A stretch of 64,000 nt of DNA from Cetorhinus maximus (lineage: Eukaryota). The stretch is taken from contig NC_135901.1 of assembly GCF_964194155.1 (NCBI RefSeq), positions 5,518,001 through 5,582,000 of the forward strand. Direction: 5' to 3'. A program made the position numbers and the translations under genes. The notes beneath the pieces were generated by a model. It did no database searches, had not been told where the DNA came from, and saw nothing but the letters and a program-made list of their open reading frames with translations. Below, piece by piece: positions 37,875 through 50,453 of the stretch (position 1 is its first letter; each line of letters begins with the position of its first letter).

Positions 37875-38020
37875 GTACTGCGCATGCTTCAGTCGCAGCC
37901 TAGCCCCGCCCCTCTATCACTCCAATTGGTTGGAGGGCAAACCGCACCCGCTCGGTCCTCTAGTCCCGCCTCTCTCTTCCTATTGGCCCGGAACTGCTGT
38001 CAATCAGCCGGGCATTGTGA
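37875..38020. promoter_or_regulatory. ZNF promoter module type I (probable promoter of locus 5)
   Basis: ACTGCGCATGC, CCCCGCCCC, CCAATTGG, ATTGG at 37982 and CTGTCAATCA (reverse of TGATTGACAG). Confidence 0.7.
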
Positions 38021-38152
38021 GCTGTCAGGTGAGAGTTCACTGTCGGGAGCGGGTTAATAAACCCCGGGCAGGGGGGCGGGGTTTACAAATTCCGAATGCG
38101 GCCCCAGATCCGAATATTAAACAATGAACATTCTCCACTCTCACTATCCGCC

Positions 38153-38643
38153 GGATAGGTAGATAAGGTGGTTAAGAAGGCATATGGGATACTTGCCTTT
38201 ATTAACATTTAAGTTATGAAGAGAGGTTGGATAGACTTGGGTTGTTTTCGTTGGAGCAGAGAAGACTGAGGGGCGACCTGATCGAGGTGTACAAGATGAT
38301 GAGGGGCACGGACAGGGTGGATAGGGAGCAGCTGTTCCCCTTAGTTGAAGGGTCAGTCACAAGGGGACACAAGTTCAAGGTGAGGGGCAGGAGGTTTAGG
38401 GAGGATGTGAAGAAAAACTTTTTTACCCAGAGGGTGGAGAATACGCTGCCTGGGAGAGGGCGTTGAAGGAGGGTTGCCTCACATCCTTTAAAAAGTACCT
38501 GGATGAGCACTTGGCAGATCATAACATTCAAGGCTATGGGCCAAGTGTGGGTAAATGGGATTAGGTAGGTAGGTCAGGTGTTTCTCACGTGTTGGTGCAG
38601 ACTTGAAGAGCCGAAGGGCCTCTTCTGCACTGTGTGATTCTAT
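38153..38643 (+). mobile_element. CR1 3' fragment inserted into a duplicated promoter-flank
   Basis: LEQRRLRGDLIEVYKMM motif; the flanks rejoin to match 43003-43250. Confidence 0.85.
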
Positions 38644-38782
38644 GAACAACCTCAAAGAGACCAGGACCCTCCGAGCATGCACAATTCACCTGGCCAACCC
38701 GCGGCAGATAGAGCGGTTTCTGAGATGTTTGGGACTGTGGGTAATATGGATGCCATTAGAGACCCAGAGTCCATTGATCATT

Positions 38783-39863
38783 AAAATAAAAGCAAAATAT
38801 TGCAGATGTTGGAAATCTGAAATAAAAACAGAAAATACTGGAAAAACTCAGCAACTCTGGCAGCATCTGTGGAGAGAGAAACAAGAGATAATGTTTCAAA
38901 CCCACTATGACTCTTCATTGGAGAGAGACACCCTGGTCCACTCCTCCATTACCCCCTACTCCTCAACCCCCACCTATGGCACCTCCCCATGCCCACGCAG
39001 AAGATGCAACACCTGCCCCTTCACTTCCTCTTTCCTCACCGTCCAAGGGCCCAAACACTCCTTTCAAGTGAAGCAGCATTTCACTTGCATTTCCTCTAAC
39101 TTAGTCTACTGCATTAGTTACTCCCAATGCGGTCTCCTCTACATTGGAGAGACCAAACGCAAACTGGGCGACCGCTTTGCAGAACACCTGCGGTCTGTCC
39201 GCAAGAAAGACCCAAACCTCCCTGTCGCTTGCCATTTTAACACTCCACCCTGCTCTCTTGCCCACATGTCTGTCCTTGGCTTGCTGCATTGTTCCAGTGA
39301 AGCCCAATGCAAACTGGAGGAACAGCACCTCATCTTCCGACTAGGCACTTTACAGCCTTCCGGGCTGAATATTGAATTCAACAACTTTAGATCTTAAACT
39401 CCCTCCCCCATCCCCACCTCCATTTCCGTTTCTTCCCCCTCCCTTTTGTTTTTTCCAATAATTTATATAGATTTTTCTTTTCCCACCTATTTTCATTATT
39501 TTTAAATCTATAACTATAATACCCTGTCAGTCTTTCCATCCCACCCCCACTAGAGCTGTACTTTGAGTGTCCTGCCATCCATCCTTAATTATCACATTCT
39601 CTTAGATAATATCACCACCTTTATCACCTCCCTGTTCCTTTGTCTGTAACATCTTTTGATCATCTGTATCACTGCTTGCTTGTCCCTACAACCCCCCCAA
39701 CTTCTCCCCCCCCCACCAACCGACCTTAAACCAGCTTATATTTCACCCCTCTCCTAACTTCACTCAGTTCTGCTGAAGGGTCATGAGGACTCGAAACGTC
39801 AACTCTTTTCTTCTCCGCCGATGCTGCCAGACCTGCTGAGTTTTTCCAGGTAATTTTGTTTTT
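38783..39863 (+). mobile_element. Penelope-like element: GIY-YIG endonuclease 3' part with pLTR and an inverted pLTR-like piece at the 5' side
   Basis: CxRRRCNTC...NLVYCI...LYIGETKRKLGDRFAEH...HFN...EQHLIFRLGTLQPSGLN (about 38925-39397); hammerhead-like motif at 39766-39804. Confidence 0.9.
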
Positions 39864-39864
39864 G

Positions 39865-40230
39865 ATTAGAGTGGTAGTTGGCAAGAACATTGGGGTCAAG
39901 GGCTTGTTTTCTTGAGGATAAGTAGTTATGGCAGATTTAAAGGAAAGGACAGTACCTGAAGAGAGAGAGAGCTGTTAACAATATCAGCGAACATGGGAAG
40001 GTTGGGTGATCAATTGGAATAGGAATTGAGGAGGTGGGTTTTATGGAAAAGATAAGTTCTGAGAAGCATGAGGGAAGATTGGAGAGAAGCTAAAGAAAAA
40101 AGCAGATTCAGGCCTGCAGCAAGGGGGCTCTTTAGAGGCAGTTTGGCCCAGTGAGTCAGTGGAAGGGAGGGAAGCAGCAGAGGCAGCTGATCGGATTGTC
40201 TCAATCTTAGTGACAAATAAGCTCCATGGA
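39865..40230 (-). mobile_element. L2 fragment
   Basis: Homologous to 18730-19040 and 44100-44480. Confidence 0.65.
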
Positions 40231-40571
40231 AAGTTTGGCCCAGGTCTCTCTCCCTCTTAAAAACATTGACATCTTTTGCTTTCCCAGCTTGACACATTTA
40301 TTTGTCTGACAAAGGATGGCCTCTTTCTTAATATTCACAATTAAAGGGGCGGTTACCCAGGGGCCAATAAATTAATATAGGGCAGAGGTATATCTAGTGT
40401 TGTTAAATGGTACATATGGTTTTCTAATTAAGTAGATTTATTTCATTCCTTGTGAATAAATCCATTTCAGTAACAATTGCTGAAATGTTTGCTCCACACC
40501 CAAAGGGTTTCATCAAGTTTTCTCGTGGAGTTTGAGACAAAATCAGCTTTCAAAATGATGCAGAGTTTCAG

Positions 40572-41475
40572 TGGCCAGTAAGTTCACAGATGACATAAAA
40601 ATTGGTGGTGTTGTAAACAGTGAGGAGGAAAGCCTTAGATTACAGGATGATATAGATGGGCTGGTAAGATGGGCAGAGCAGTGGAAAATGGAATTTAACC
40701 CTAAGAAATGTGAGGTGATGCATGTTGAGAGGACTAACATGGCTAGGGAATACATAATGAATGGTAGGACCCTAGGAAGTACAGAGGATCAGAGTGACCT
40801 TGGTGTACATGTCCATAGACCCCTGAAAGCAGCAGCACAGGTAGATAAAGTGGTTAAGAAGGTATATGGGATATTTGCCTTTATTAGCTGAGGCGTAGAA
40901 TATAAGAGCAGAGAGGTTATGTTGGAGCTGTATAAAACACTAGTTAGGCCACAGCTGGAGTACTGAGTGCAGTTCTGGTTGCCACACTACAGGAAGGATG
41001 TGATTGCACTGGAGAGGGTGCAGGGCAGATTCACCAGGATGTTGCCTGGGCTGGACCGTTTCAACTATGAAGAGAGATTGGATAGGCTAGGGTTGTTTCC
41101 CTTAGAGCAGAGAAGGCTGAGGGGTAACATATTAGAGGCTTACAAAATTATGATGGGCATAATTAGCGGAAGTGTCAATAATAGGGGGCATGGAATTAAG
41201 GTTAGGGGCAGGAAGTTTAGAGGGGATTTGAGGAAAATAATTTCACCCAGAGGGTGGTAGGAATCTGGAACACGCTGCCTGAGGGGTTGGTAGAGGCAGG
41301 AACCCTCACAACATTTAAGAAGTATTTAGATGAGCACTTGAAAAGCCATAGCATACAGGGCTACGGGCCAGGTGGTGGAATATGGGTTTAGAATAGACAG
41401 GTGCTTGATGGCCGGCACAGTCCCAATAGGCCAAAGGGCCTGTTTCTGTACTGTATAACTCTATGTGACTCTGTT
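40572..41475 (+). mobile_element. 5'-truncated CR1 inserted in a promoter module
   Basis: SKFTDD...KKCEVMH...YRKDVIALERVQ motifs and CR1 3' UTR; the flanks rejoin to GAGTTTCAG/CCAATGAGGGAGATCC as at 11207-11231. Confidence 0.88.
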
Positions 41476-41477
41476 CA

Positions 41478-41672
41478 ACAAATGAGGGAGATCCGTGCTC
41501 AGCCACGCCCCTCACTCACTCCGATTGGATGGGGGGCCTGCTGTTCCCGATCGGTTCTCCATCCCGCTCCTTCCTCCCACTGGCCTGGAGCTGCCATCAA
41601 TCACACAGGCATTGTGAGCTGGAGCATGTTCAATATGGCTGCTCCATCTATATCGGTGCGCATGCGCATTGC
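41478..41672 (+). promoter_or_regulatory. degenerate promoter module type I (orphan)
   Basis: Aligns with 11215-11365; GTGCGCATGCGCA at about 41656. Confidence 0.55.
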
Positions 41673-41715
41673 GAGTGGTGTCCAGAGACAGACAATTGAA
41701 GGGGTGGTTACCCAG

Positions 41716-42228
41716 GAACAAAAGCAAAAATTGCTGGAAAAACTCAGCAGGTCTGACAGCATCTGTGGAGAGAAAGACTAGTTAACATTTCGAGTCCATA
41801 TGACTCTTCATCAGAACTAAAGAGAAGTAGAAATGTAGTGAAATATAAGCTGTTAAAGGGGGTGGGACAGGTGAAACTGGATAGAGGGCCAGTGATCGGT
41901 GGAGGCAAAGGAGAGACTGCAAAAGATGTCATAAATAAACGGTCAAAGGGGTGTTGACGATGGTGATATGAGCTAAAGGATGTGCTAATGGTGACATTAA
42001 GGGTGGAAAGCAGGATGAGCAGTGACAGATGGCCCTAGTGGGGGTGAGGTATGGGGGAGGGGATCGAAATAGGCTTAAAGGTGGAAAATAAACAATGAAT
42101 AGAAACAAATTTCAAAAATAATAATAGAAATCAGTGAGAAAAGAAATATATATATATATAAATAAAATTAAATTTAAAAAGGAGGATAAAAGAGGGGTGA
42201 GGATGGAGGAGAGAGTTCATGACCTGAA
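41716..42228 (-). mobile_element. Penelope-like terminal fragment with canonical-core hammerhead motif
   Basis: Minus 41780-41818: AGTT-CTGATGA-A-GAGTC-ATATG-GACTC-GAAA-TGTT-AACT. Confidence 0.75.
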
Positions 42229-42231
42229 GAC

Positions 42232-42792
42232 ACATAGAAACATAGAAAATAGGAGCAGGAGTAGGCCATTTGGCCCCTCAAGCCTGCTCTTCCATTCAAA
42301 TGATCATGGCTGACCCTCTACCTCAACATCATACTCCCCCTCTTTCCCCAAATCCCTTGATGCCTTTCATGTCTAGAAATCTATTCAGCGGTTTGGCCTC
42401 CACAGCCTTTTGTGGTAGACAATTCCGCAGGTTCACCATGCACTGAGCAAAGAAATTTCTCCTCAACTCAGTCCTAAATAGCCTGCACCATATCCTGAGA
42501 CTGACCCCTTGTTCCAAACGCCCCCCACCACCCATCCCTCCAAACCCAGCTAGGGGAAACATCATCCCTGCATCCAGTCTGTACACTTCTGTCCGAATTT
42601 TATACGTTTCAATGACGTCCCCTCTCATTCTTCTGAACTCTAGTGAATACAGCCCTAGTCGACCCAAAACTCTCCTCATACAACAATCCTGCCATCCCAG
42701 GAATCAGGCTGGTGAAGCTTTGCAGACACTTCCTCTGTGGCAAGTATATCCTTTCTTCGGTAAGGAGACGAAAACTGCACACAATACTCCAG
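42232..42792 (-). mobile_element. CR1 3' fragment
   Basis: RLGLYSLEFRRMRGDVIETYKI motif; 3' TTCTATGT repeats. Confidence 0.85.
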
Positions 42793-42831
42793 GCTGCCTG
42801 CTTCCAGCTCTGTGACATCTCCCATTGCCCA

Positions 42832-43250
42832 TTTCAAAATGATGCAGAGTTTCAGCCAATGAGCTGATCTGGACTCAGCCCCGCCCCTCATTCACTCCAA
42901 TTGGTTGGAGGATCAGCCGTCGATCCTCATGCCTCCAACCCCGCCCCCTCTTCCTATTGGTCTAGCTCCGCCGTCAATCAACCGGGCATTGTGAACGGTC
43001 AGGTGAATAAACCCCGGGCAGGGGGGCGGGGTTTACAAATCCCGAGTGCGGCCCCAGAGCCGAATATTAAACAATGAACATTCTCCACTCTCACTATCCG
43101 CCGCTTCCGGCTTCTCTCCGGGAACAACCTCAAACAAAGAGACCAGGACCGTCCGAACATGCGCACCCACCCGGCCAAACCGCGGCAGATAGAGCGGTTT
43201 CTGAGCCATATGGTATTGTGGGTACTGCGTCCGCCATTAGAGATCGAACT
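42832..43250 (+). promoter_or_regulatory. promoter module type I plus CpG-rich flank (orphan; paralog of 37900-38770)
   Basis: GC boxes, CCAATTGG, ATTGG at 42956, CCGTCAATCA at about 42971 and ETS-like CTTCCGG. Confidence 0.65.
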
Positions 43251-43824
43251 CACTTAATCTTCGTTTGATTCTAGGGAAGTGGGGGTGAGATTCCGCTAAT
43301 GTCGGTGTTGAAAAATAAGAAAGAACAAGCTCCATATTCTACCATCCGCATCCTGCAATAATGGAGCTTTTGGCCAATCTGTGTAATGACTGTTTCAATA
43401 AGTCACAGAAGACACAGTTGCTATGCAATGCCTTGCATTTTAATGGGAATTTTCAGATATTTTTACTGCTATTAGATTGGGTTGTGGACTATACCGTCTT
43501 CACTTATCCCTGTTGATCTAATCCAGGAGCGGTGATATATTTAGAAGGACTTGGTCTGTAAGAGACAGTCAATGTGAGACCGATAATGGAACATTTTTAT
43601 GTTAATGTCTAGTGACACATGATCATTTTCCCAGTTAGTCAGTTTGTTAAAAAAAACCTCAAATAATCACAGCTACTGCAGCTGATCCTCTTGCTACAAT
43701 TTGATAAGAAAGGAATCAGGGATCAGTCCCACCCAGCTGGACAACAGTGAAGAGGCATTGAAGGAATTTTTGTTTTAATTCATTCATGGGATGTGGCTAG
43801 GCCAGCATTTATTCACCATCCCTA

Positions 43825-44525
43825 AGGATGGTTTGGTCAATGGTGTCAAAGACTGTAGATGGGCCAAGAAGGACAAAGGACAATGAGGGAGAGTTTACCT
43901 TGGTTACATTGGATGCAGTTTGGGACAATGAGAAGAGCTACTTCGATAATGTGGCAGAGGCAGAAATCTTATGTGTCGAGGGGCCAAATGGCCTACTTCT
44001 GCTCCTATTTCATATGTTCAGATTCAAAAATGGAATTCCAAAAAGATGGGCAGGATTTGGGAGGTGTCAACACATTTCAGGACTTAGAAGGGGAAAGGGA
44101 GCTTAAAGTGGTTTGCAAGGATGGTGGGATAAATGGTTGATTTTATTGAGGAGGGGGTGATAATGTCAGATTTGAAGGAGAGAGGAGCAGTGCCTGAAGA
44201 GAGAGAACTGTTAACAATGTTAATGAACATGGGAAGGTTGGAGATCAACAGATGAGTGAAAATAGGGCTGGGGTAGCAGGAGATGGATCTCATGGCAAAG
44301 CTAAGTGCTGAGAAGGAACGAGGGGACATGAGAGAGAAACTACAGAAAGATGCACGTTCAGGGCGAGGGGGGAACATTCAAGGTTAATTGGACTGGTGAT
44401 CTAGTGGAAGGGAGGGAGGCAGCAGAGGCAGCTGATCAAATTGTTTCAATCTTAGTGACAAAGAAACTCCATGAGCTTCTCACACTTGTTGGCGATGAGG
44501 ATGGAGGAGACAGGGGAGAGGGAGA
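43825..44525 (-). mobile_element. L2 fragment
   Basis: Minus ORF 44084-44377 contains INIVNSSLSSGTAPLSFK...ITP...DPT-like L2 RT sequence. Confidence 0.7.
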
Positions 44526-44579
44526 ACCCTTCAAAAGGAACTAACTTGTCTCAGAGATACTAAAAAGACTCAATACACT

Positions 44580-44835
44580 GTATTTAACACAAAGCTGCTG
44601 ATTTGAATTTTATCCACAATACTATGCCCTATAACTGGGCTGGAGTTTATTAACATTAGCAGAAACAGACCCCAATGAACATAGTTCAGTTCTGTTTGTG
44701 ATTAACAGCAAAATCCAATCACGATAGTTACTTGTGAACTACCTGGTGTGCCAGTAGGTGGGATGACGAGTGAATCCCTTCCCACACTCAGAGCAGGTGA
44801 ATGGCCTCTCCTCAGTGTGAAGAACTGGTGTTTCA
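44580..44835 (-). pseudogene. ZNF relic: last finger plus family 3' UTR, truncated by CR1 (locus 7)
   Basis: Minus strand reads [15 protein letters not shown]...HK* followed by the conserved UTR. Confidence 0.75.
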
Positions 44836-45540
44836 GTGGGCTGGAAGTGTATTCAAAATCATGAGGGGTCTGGCAGGGTTGATGGGGAGAATGTGATGAG
44901 TTCCCCTTCTGACAGGATCTAAAACGAGAGGGCACAGATTTAAAGTAGTTGGTAAAAGAAGCAAAAGTGATACGAGGAAAACCTTCTTCACGCAGCAAGT
45001 AGTTAAGGTCTGGAATGCACTGCCTGGGAGTGTGGTGGAGGCAGGTTCAATTGAAGCATTCAAGAAGGAATTAGACAGTTACTGGAAAAGGAAGAACGTG
45101 CAGGTAGAAGGCGGGAGAACGGCTCTAAATCAAATGACCATCCAAAGAGCCGGTGCAGTCATGATGGGCTGAATGGCCTCCTTTTGCGCTGAAACAAATC
45201 TGTGCTCCTGGCCACTTCAGAGGCTGAGGATGTTTCTCCTTATGGGAGAGACGACAACTAGGGGCCGCTGTTTAAAAATAAGGGGTCTCCCATTTATGAC
45301 AGAGATGAGAAATTTGTCCTCTCACAGGGTCGTCAATTGTGGAATTCTCTTCACCAGAAAGCAGTGGAGGCTATTGAATAATTTTGAGGTTGAGTTAATT
45401 CTTGATTGACAGGGAGTCAAAGATTATGGGGGTAGACAGGAAAGTAGAGTTGGGGCCTCAATTACATCAGCTATGATCTTATCACATGGCCGAGCAGGCT
45501 CACAGGCCTGAATGGCCTACACCTGCTCCTAATTCATATG
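44836..45540 (+). mobile_element. two CR1 3' fragments
   Basis: FFTQ-VV-VWNALP motif and CR1 3' UTR sequences. Confidence 0.75.
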
Positions 45541-46019
45541 ATTAACTGCTTTCTACCACAAGGCCTTTCACTGGGAGGGCCACTGTAGATTTCATCCTCT
45601 AGCTTCAAGCCAGGCAAATCTTCCAGCTTCTTTTCCCTCACCAACTCCAAGTGAGCTGCAAACTACACAAGCCCAGATGTGCAACTGCCTTCTGTGGGAA
45701 ACACCCAGATAAATTAAACAAAAGAACCTTCTAACTCCAACAGCCCATCTCCATGGCAACATGGCATGCTTTAGGAGATTCCAAACAGAAATGCATGAAT
45801 ATCTTTTTCCATCCATACAGCATTTTATTTCATGATCCATATGTAATGTGCAATGGATACTCGCAACAAGCCTCAAAGAGCATCAGCCCACTGGAAACAA
45901 AGGTATGAGACCGGCCAGTCCAGCAGAAAGGGGTCCTCCCACTTCACCGTCAGGATGAACATGGTTCAGTCCTGGATGTGATTAACAGCAGCAATAAGAG
46001 CAGAATCCAATCTCTGTGA

Positions 46020-46694
46020 TCACTTGTGAACACGCTGGTGTGTCTGCAGGTGGGATGACTGAGTGAATCCCTTCCCACATACAGAGCAGATGAATGGCCT
46101 CTCCCCGGTGTGAACTCGCTGGTGCCTCTGTAAGCTGGATAATCGCGTGAATCCCTTCCCACACTGAGAGCAGGGGAATGACCTCTCCCCAGTGTGAAGT
46201 TGCTGGTGTAGCAGCAGGTTGGATGACTGGGTGAAATCCTTCCCACACACAGAGCAGGTGAACGGCCTCTCCCCGGTGTGGACTCGCTGATGTGTCTGCA
46301 AGTTGAATAACCGAGTGAATCCTTTCCCACAATGAGAGCAGGTGAATGGCCTCTCCCCGGTGTGAACTTCCTGGTGTGTTAGCAGGTTGGATAACTGGGT
46401 GAATCCCTTCCCACACTCAGAGCAGGTGAACGGCCTCTCTCCAGTGTGAACTCGCTGGTGTCTCAGCAGGGTTGATGAATCACTGAATCCCTTGCCACAC
46501 TGAGAGCAGGTGAATAGCCTCTCCACTGCATGAACTCGCTGGTGTGCGTGCAGCTGCCATGAACCACTGAATGCCTTCCCACACTCACAGCAGGTGAATG
46601 GCCTCTCCCCAGTGTGACTGCGTTGATGAATTTCCATTGCAGACGGGCATCGGAATCCCTTCCCACAATCTCTACATTTCCATCGTTTCTCCAT
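46020..46694 (-). CDS. C2H2 zinc-finger protein, 8 fingers, 224 aa (locus 8)
   Basis: accATGG at 46694, intact fingers, ending HQRVHK*; acceptor at 47046-47047; putative donor GTGAGT at 48056. Confidence 0.88.
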   Translation of the reverse strand: MEKRWKCRDCGKGFRCPSAMEIHQRSHTGERPFTCCECGKAFSGSWQLHAHQRVHAVERLFTCSQCGKGFSDSSTLLRHQRVHTGERPFTCSECGKGFTQLSNLLTHQEVHTGERPFTCSHCGKGFTRLFNLQTHQRVHTGERPFTCSVCGKDFTQSSNLLLHQQLHTGERSFPCSQCGKGFTRLSSLQRHQRVHTGERPFICSVCGKGFTQSSHLQTHQRVHK

Positions 46695-48149
46695 GGTGCG
46701 AGTGCCCTTGTGTCTCTCCAGGTTTGACAATCAGTTGAAGCCTCGTTCACACACAGAACCTGTGTACGATCTCCCTGGCTGTGAAAGCTGAAATGTTTCT
46801 TCAGACTGTATAACAGTTCATAGCTCTTTCCAAAGCCAGTGCATTGGAATACACTCACTCGGGTGTGTGAGAATCGGTGCTTTTCCAGTCACACTGATGT
46901 TTCAAATATTTTGAAGCAGACATAACAGACAAATATTTCTTCTAGATTCAAAGGCTGCTGATATTCCGATCCCGATGAATCGAGTGGATCTTGACGTGAC
47001 CTTTGGTTTGAGCTTTCTGACTGCAAATCATCCACTTCTAATGTCCTGTAAAAGGAGTTTACAAAAGTCATCACAGAAAGTCTGCGATAGAAATTCAGAA
47101 CAGACAATTCTAGTTTCTATGGAACATTCATTCCCCTCTCATTCCCCAAAAGCTGTAAATCTCCATCCCCAACATGCTCCCTGCATTTTGAGCTCTCAGG
47201 AATGTTCAGACAGATTCAAAATGTTAGCTCTGTTTCTCGCTCGACATATGCTGCCAGACCTGCTGAGTTTTTTTGCACCATTTTCTGTTTTTACTCCCTT
47301 CATTCTCACTCTGTTATATCTCATTTATACACTCCCAATTCTCCTGAAGGAGCCAAAAAGATTGTAATACTTGAATAGCGATACAGAGGGAATATGAGGA
47401 AGAACTTTATTTAGGCAGCAAGTAGTCATGGCCTGGAATTCGATGCCTATGAGGATGGCAGAACCGGAGATGATCAATGGTTTCAAAATGAAATTGGATA
47501 GGGAGTTGAAAGAAAAACTTTCAGGGGAACGAGGATACAGATGGAGAATGGGATCGACTGGATTACTCTACAGAATGTCAGCATGGATCTGAGTTTCCAA
47601 TTGGACACCATCTGTGCTGTAATGAGTTTATGACTGGAAATATATAATGCAGCTACAGTATTATTACAGGACTAGAAATAATAATAAATGAACTTTAATA
47701 CAGAATAATAAATAACTAGACATTTCTCTGTTGTTACGATCCCTGTGGAAACCAATAACCTTAAAATAAACAAATTCCCAGACAACCCCAACGGAATAAA
47801 CAGAAGGACAAGGTTTTATTTTTTAAAAACGATTCCGGTAACAATCAAACTAAATTCAACATAAATGAAGCCTGCATTAACAGACAACTAGCATTTCAAT
47901 AGACCGGATAAATATGACTTTAAACAGCTGGAGCATCAGCCTGGTCCACAAAATCACCAGCATTTCCCCCCTCAGCATATTTGGCACTAATTCCAGTTAC
48001 AGAGTCCCGCAACTCTCTGTATTTCCCAGGGGAAGGAAAGAAAGTGATTTACTCACAGATGTTGGACCGAGGAAGAAGTTTTAATGTTTATGAAGCTAAA
48101 AACAAATGCTGTGCCGTTTAAAGTCAAATTGCATTGGAAGAAAATGAGG

Positions 48150-49330
48150 AGAAGACATTTTACACAGTCCCCTCCCGCACCCCCATAGCCGGCAGCCCAG
48201 CACGCAGGCGCAGAAAGCGTTTTCTGTCCGAAGCAGGCGCAGTGCGGCTGCCGTCAGCGGTCGCTCTCGATCTCTTTTTGGACCAGCCGGTCGCCGTAGA
48301 CAGAGGGGGGGAGGGGGAATTCGCCGAGCGGCTTCTCGCTCTGGCCGGAGCCGTCAGCCGGTTGCCTGGAAACTTTGGCTCGAGGAGGTTAGGGGGAGGG
48401 GGAACAATGGGAGGGGGAGGGGGAACAATGGGAGGGGGAGGGGGAACAATGGGTGGGGGAGGGGGAGGGGGTACAATGGGTGGGGGAGGGGGAACAATGG
48501 GTGGGGGAACAATGGGTGGGGGAGGGGGAACAATGGGTGGGGGAGGGGGAACAATGGGTGGGGGAGGGGGAACAATGGGTGGGGGTGGGGGTGGGGGAGG
48601 GGGAACAATGGGTGGGGGTCGGGGAGGGGGAACAATGGGTGAGGGAGGGGGAGGGGGAACAATGGGTGGGGGAACAATGGGTGGGGGTGGGGGAACAATG
48701 GGTGGAGGTGGGGGTGGGAGAGGGGGAACAATGGGTGGGGGAGGGGGAACAATGGGTGGGGGAGGGGGAACAATGGGTGGGGGTGGGGGAGGGGGAACAA
48801 TGGGTGGGGGAGGGGGAACGATGGGTGGGGGAGGGGGAACAATGGGTGGGGGAGGGGGAACAATGGGTGGGGGTGGGGGAGGGACTCCCGTGTCCGCGCG
48901 CCTGGTCCGCAAACTGGAACCCGAGGACGTCACCGCGGAGCACAGTCAGACCTATTGGCTGACTCAGGCGTCACAATGATTCAGAGGAACGTACCCAGTT
49001 CACATTGAGAGCAATGGACTTGATGGTCAAAGTCTCTCCCCCGAACACGCGCTCGGGTTACTTTACCTCATTGTGGTCGGACCGAGGTTAGCCAATGGGA
49101 GGAGCTGGACGACCGGAAGGTGGATGGTCCTCCAACCAATCAGAGCGCGGGCACTGTCGCATTGCCGACACGGAGCTTCCCCCATTGTTTGAATGCGGAT
49201 GTTGGACAATGAGCTTTTAAACCTGTCCATTACTGCCCAGCAAAGCTGCTGATGCTGTTTCTCTCTCTGAATGAGGATTTAGCTTCACACACACGAAAAC
49301 TTTCTCCCCAGTCTCGTGTCAAATACCTGT
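48150..49330. promoter_or_regulatory. CpG-rich bidirectional promoter between loci 8 and 9
   Basis: Head-to-head genes; outward-facing CT/GTGAGTAAA donors at 48056 (minus) and 49329 (plus); reversed type I module with CCAAT boxes at about 49085-49150. Confidence 0.65.
48391..48884 (+). repeat. G-rich minisatellite (GGGTGGGGGAGGGGGAACAAT)n with G-quadruplex potential
   Basis: More than 20 units, mostly 21 bp, with 6-bp indel variants. Confidence 0.95.
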
Positions 49331-49736
49331 GAGTAAAACACTTTCTTTTTCTCCCCCTTTCCATTTCTTTTCTAATTCTGGGTTTAAATTGTTGACCTGC
49401 AAGTACTGAAGGGAAAGTAAGTGAATCCAGTGAGGGTGCAGACTCTGGAAAGGTTGGCCCAGGTCTCTCTTTCTCTCTCGCTCTCTCTTAAAGACATTGA
49501 CATCCTTTACTCCCTCAGCTTGACACATTTATTTGTCTGGCTAAAAGGATAGCCTCTTTCCTAGTATTTCCAATAAAATAGGCGGATTCCCCAGGAGATG
49601 CCTGACATTTAAGGTGGCAGTAAACTAATATAGGGCAGAGATATGTCCAATGTTTTTATATGGTAAATATTTGATATATTTTTTGTTGACCGATAATAAC
49701 TTTCATTTATAAATATGTCTAGTCTTGTAATATAGT

Positions 49737-50453
49737 GATAAAAACAAAAAGTTACTGCGGATGCTGGAAATCCAAAACAAAAACAGAATTACCTGGAAAA
49801 ACTCAGCAGGTCTGGCAGCATCGGTGGAGAAGAAAAGAGTTGACATTTCGAGTCCAACATGACCCTTCAACAGAACTGAAGTATAGTTAGGGCAAACTGG
49901 AGGAACAGCACCTCATCTTCCGACTAGGCACTTTACAGCCTTCCGGGCTGAATATTGAATTCAACAACTTTAGATCTTAAACTCCCCCTCCCCCCATCCC
50001 CACCCCGTTTCTTCCCCCTCCCTTTTGTTTTTTTTTCAATAATTTATATAGATTCTTCTTTTCCCACCTATTTACATTATTTTTAAATCTACAACTAATA
50101 CCTTGTCAGTCTTTCCACCCCACCCCCACTAGATCTGTACCTTGAGTGTCCTGCCATCCATTCTTAATTAGCACTTTTCTTAGATAATATCACCACCTTC
50201 AACACCTCTTTGATCCTTTTGTCTGTGACATCTTTTGATTATCTGCTCCTATCACTGCTTGCTTGTCCCCACAACCACCCCACCCTCAACTTCTCTCCCC
50301 CCGCCCCCCACCTTAAACCAGCTTATATTTCACCCCTCTCCTAACTATACTTCAGTTCTGTTGAAGGGTCATGTGGACTCAAAACGTCAACTCTTTTCTT
50401 CTCCACCGATGCTGCCAGACCTGCTGAGTTTTTCCAGGTAATTCTGTTTTTGT
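49737..50453 (+). mobile_element. Penelope-like insertion with inverted pLTRs and 12-bp TSD
   Basis: TTGTAATATAGT at 49725-49736 and 50454-50465; GIY-YIG C-terminal remnant at about 49892-49980; about 105-bp inverted repeat (49773-49880 versus 50352-50455). Confidence 0.85.

Noticed and set aside
37406-38057. Overlapping ORFs of 132-213 aa
   Set aside because: Translations of the 55-bp minisatellite and GC-rich promoter.
38603-39397. 264-aa ORF as a host gene
   Set aside because: Read-through of CR1 tail, promoter flank and inverted pLTR into a Penelope GIY-YIG fragment; only the last part is a real (TE) domain.
48134-48979. 281-aa Gly-rich and 257-aa Pro-rich ORFs
   Set aside because: By-products of the stop-free G-rich minisatellite, which is open in several frames on both strands.
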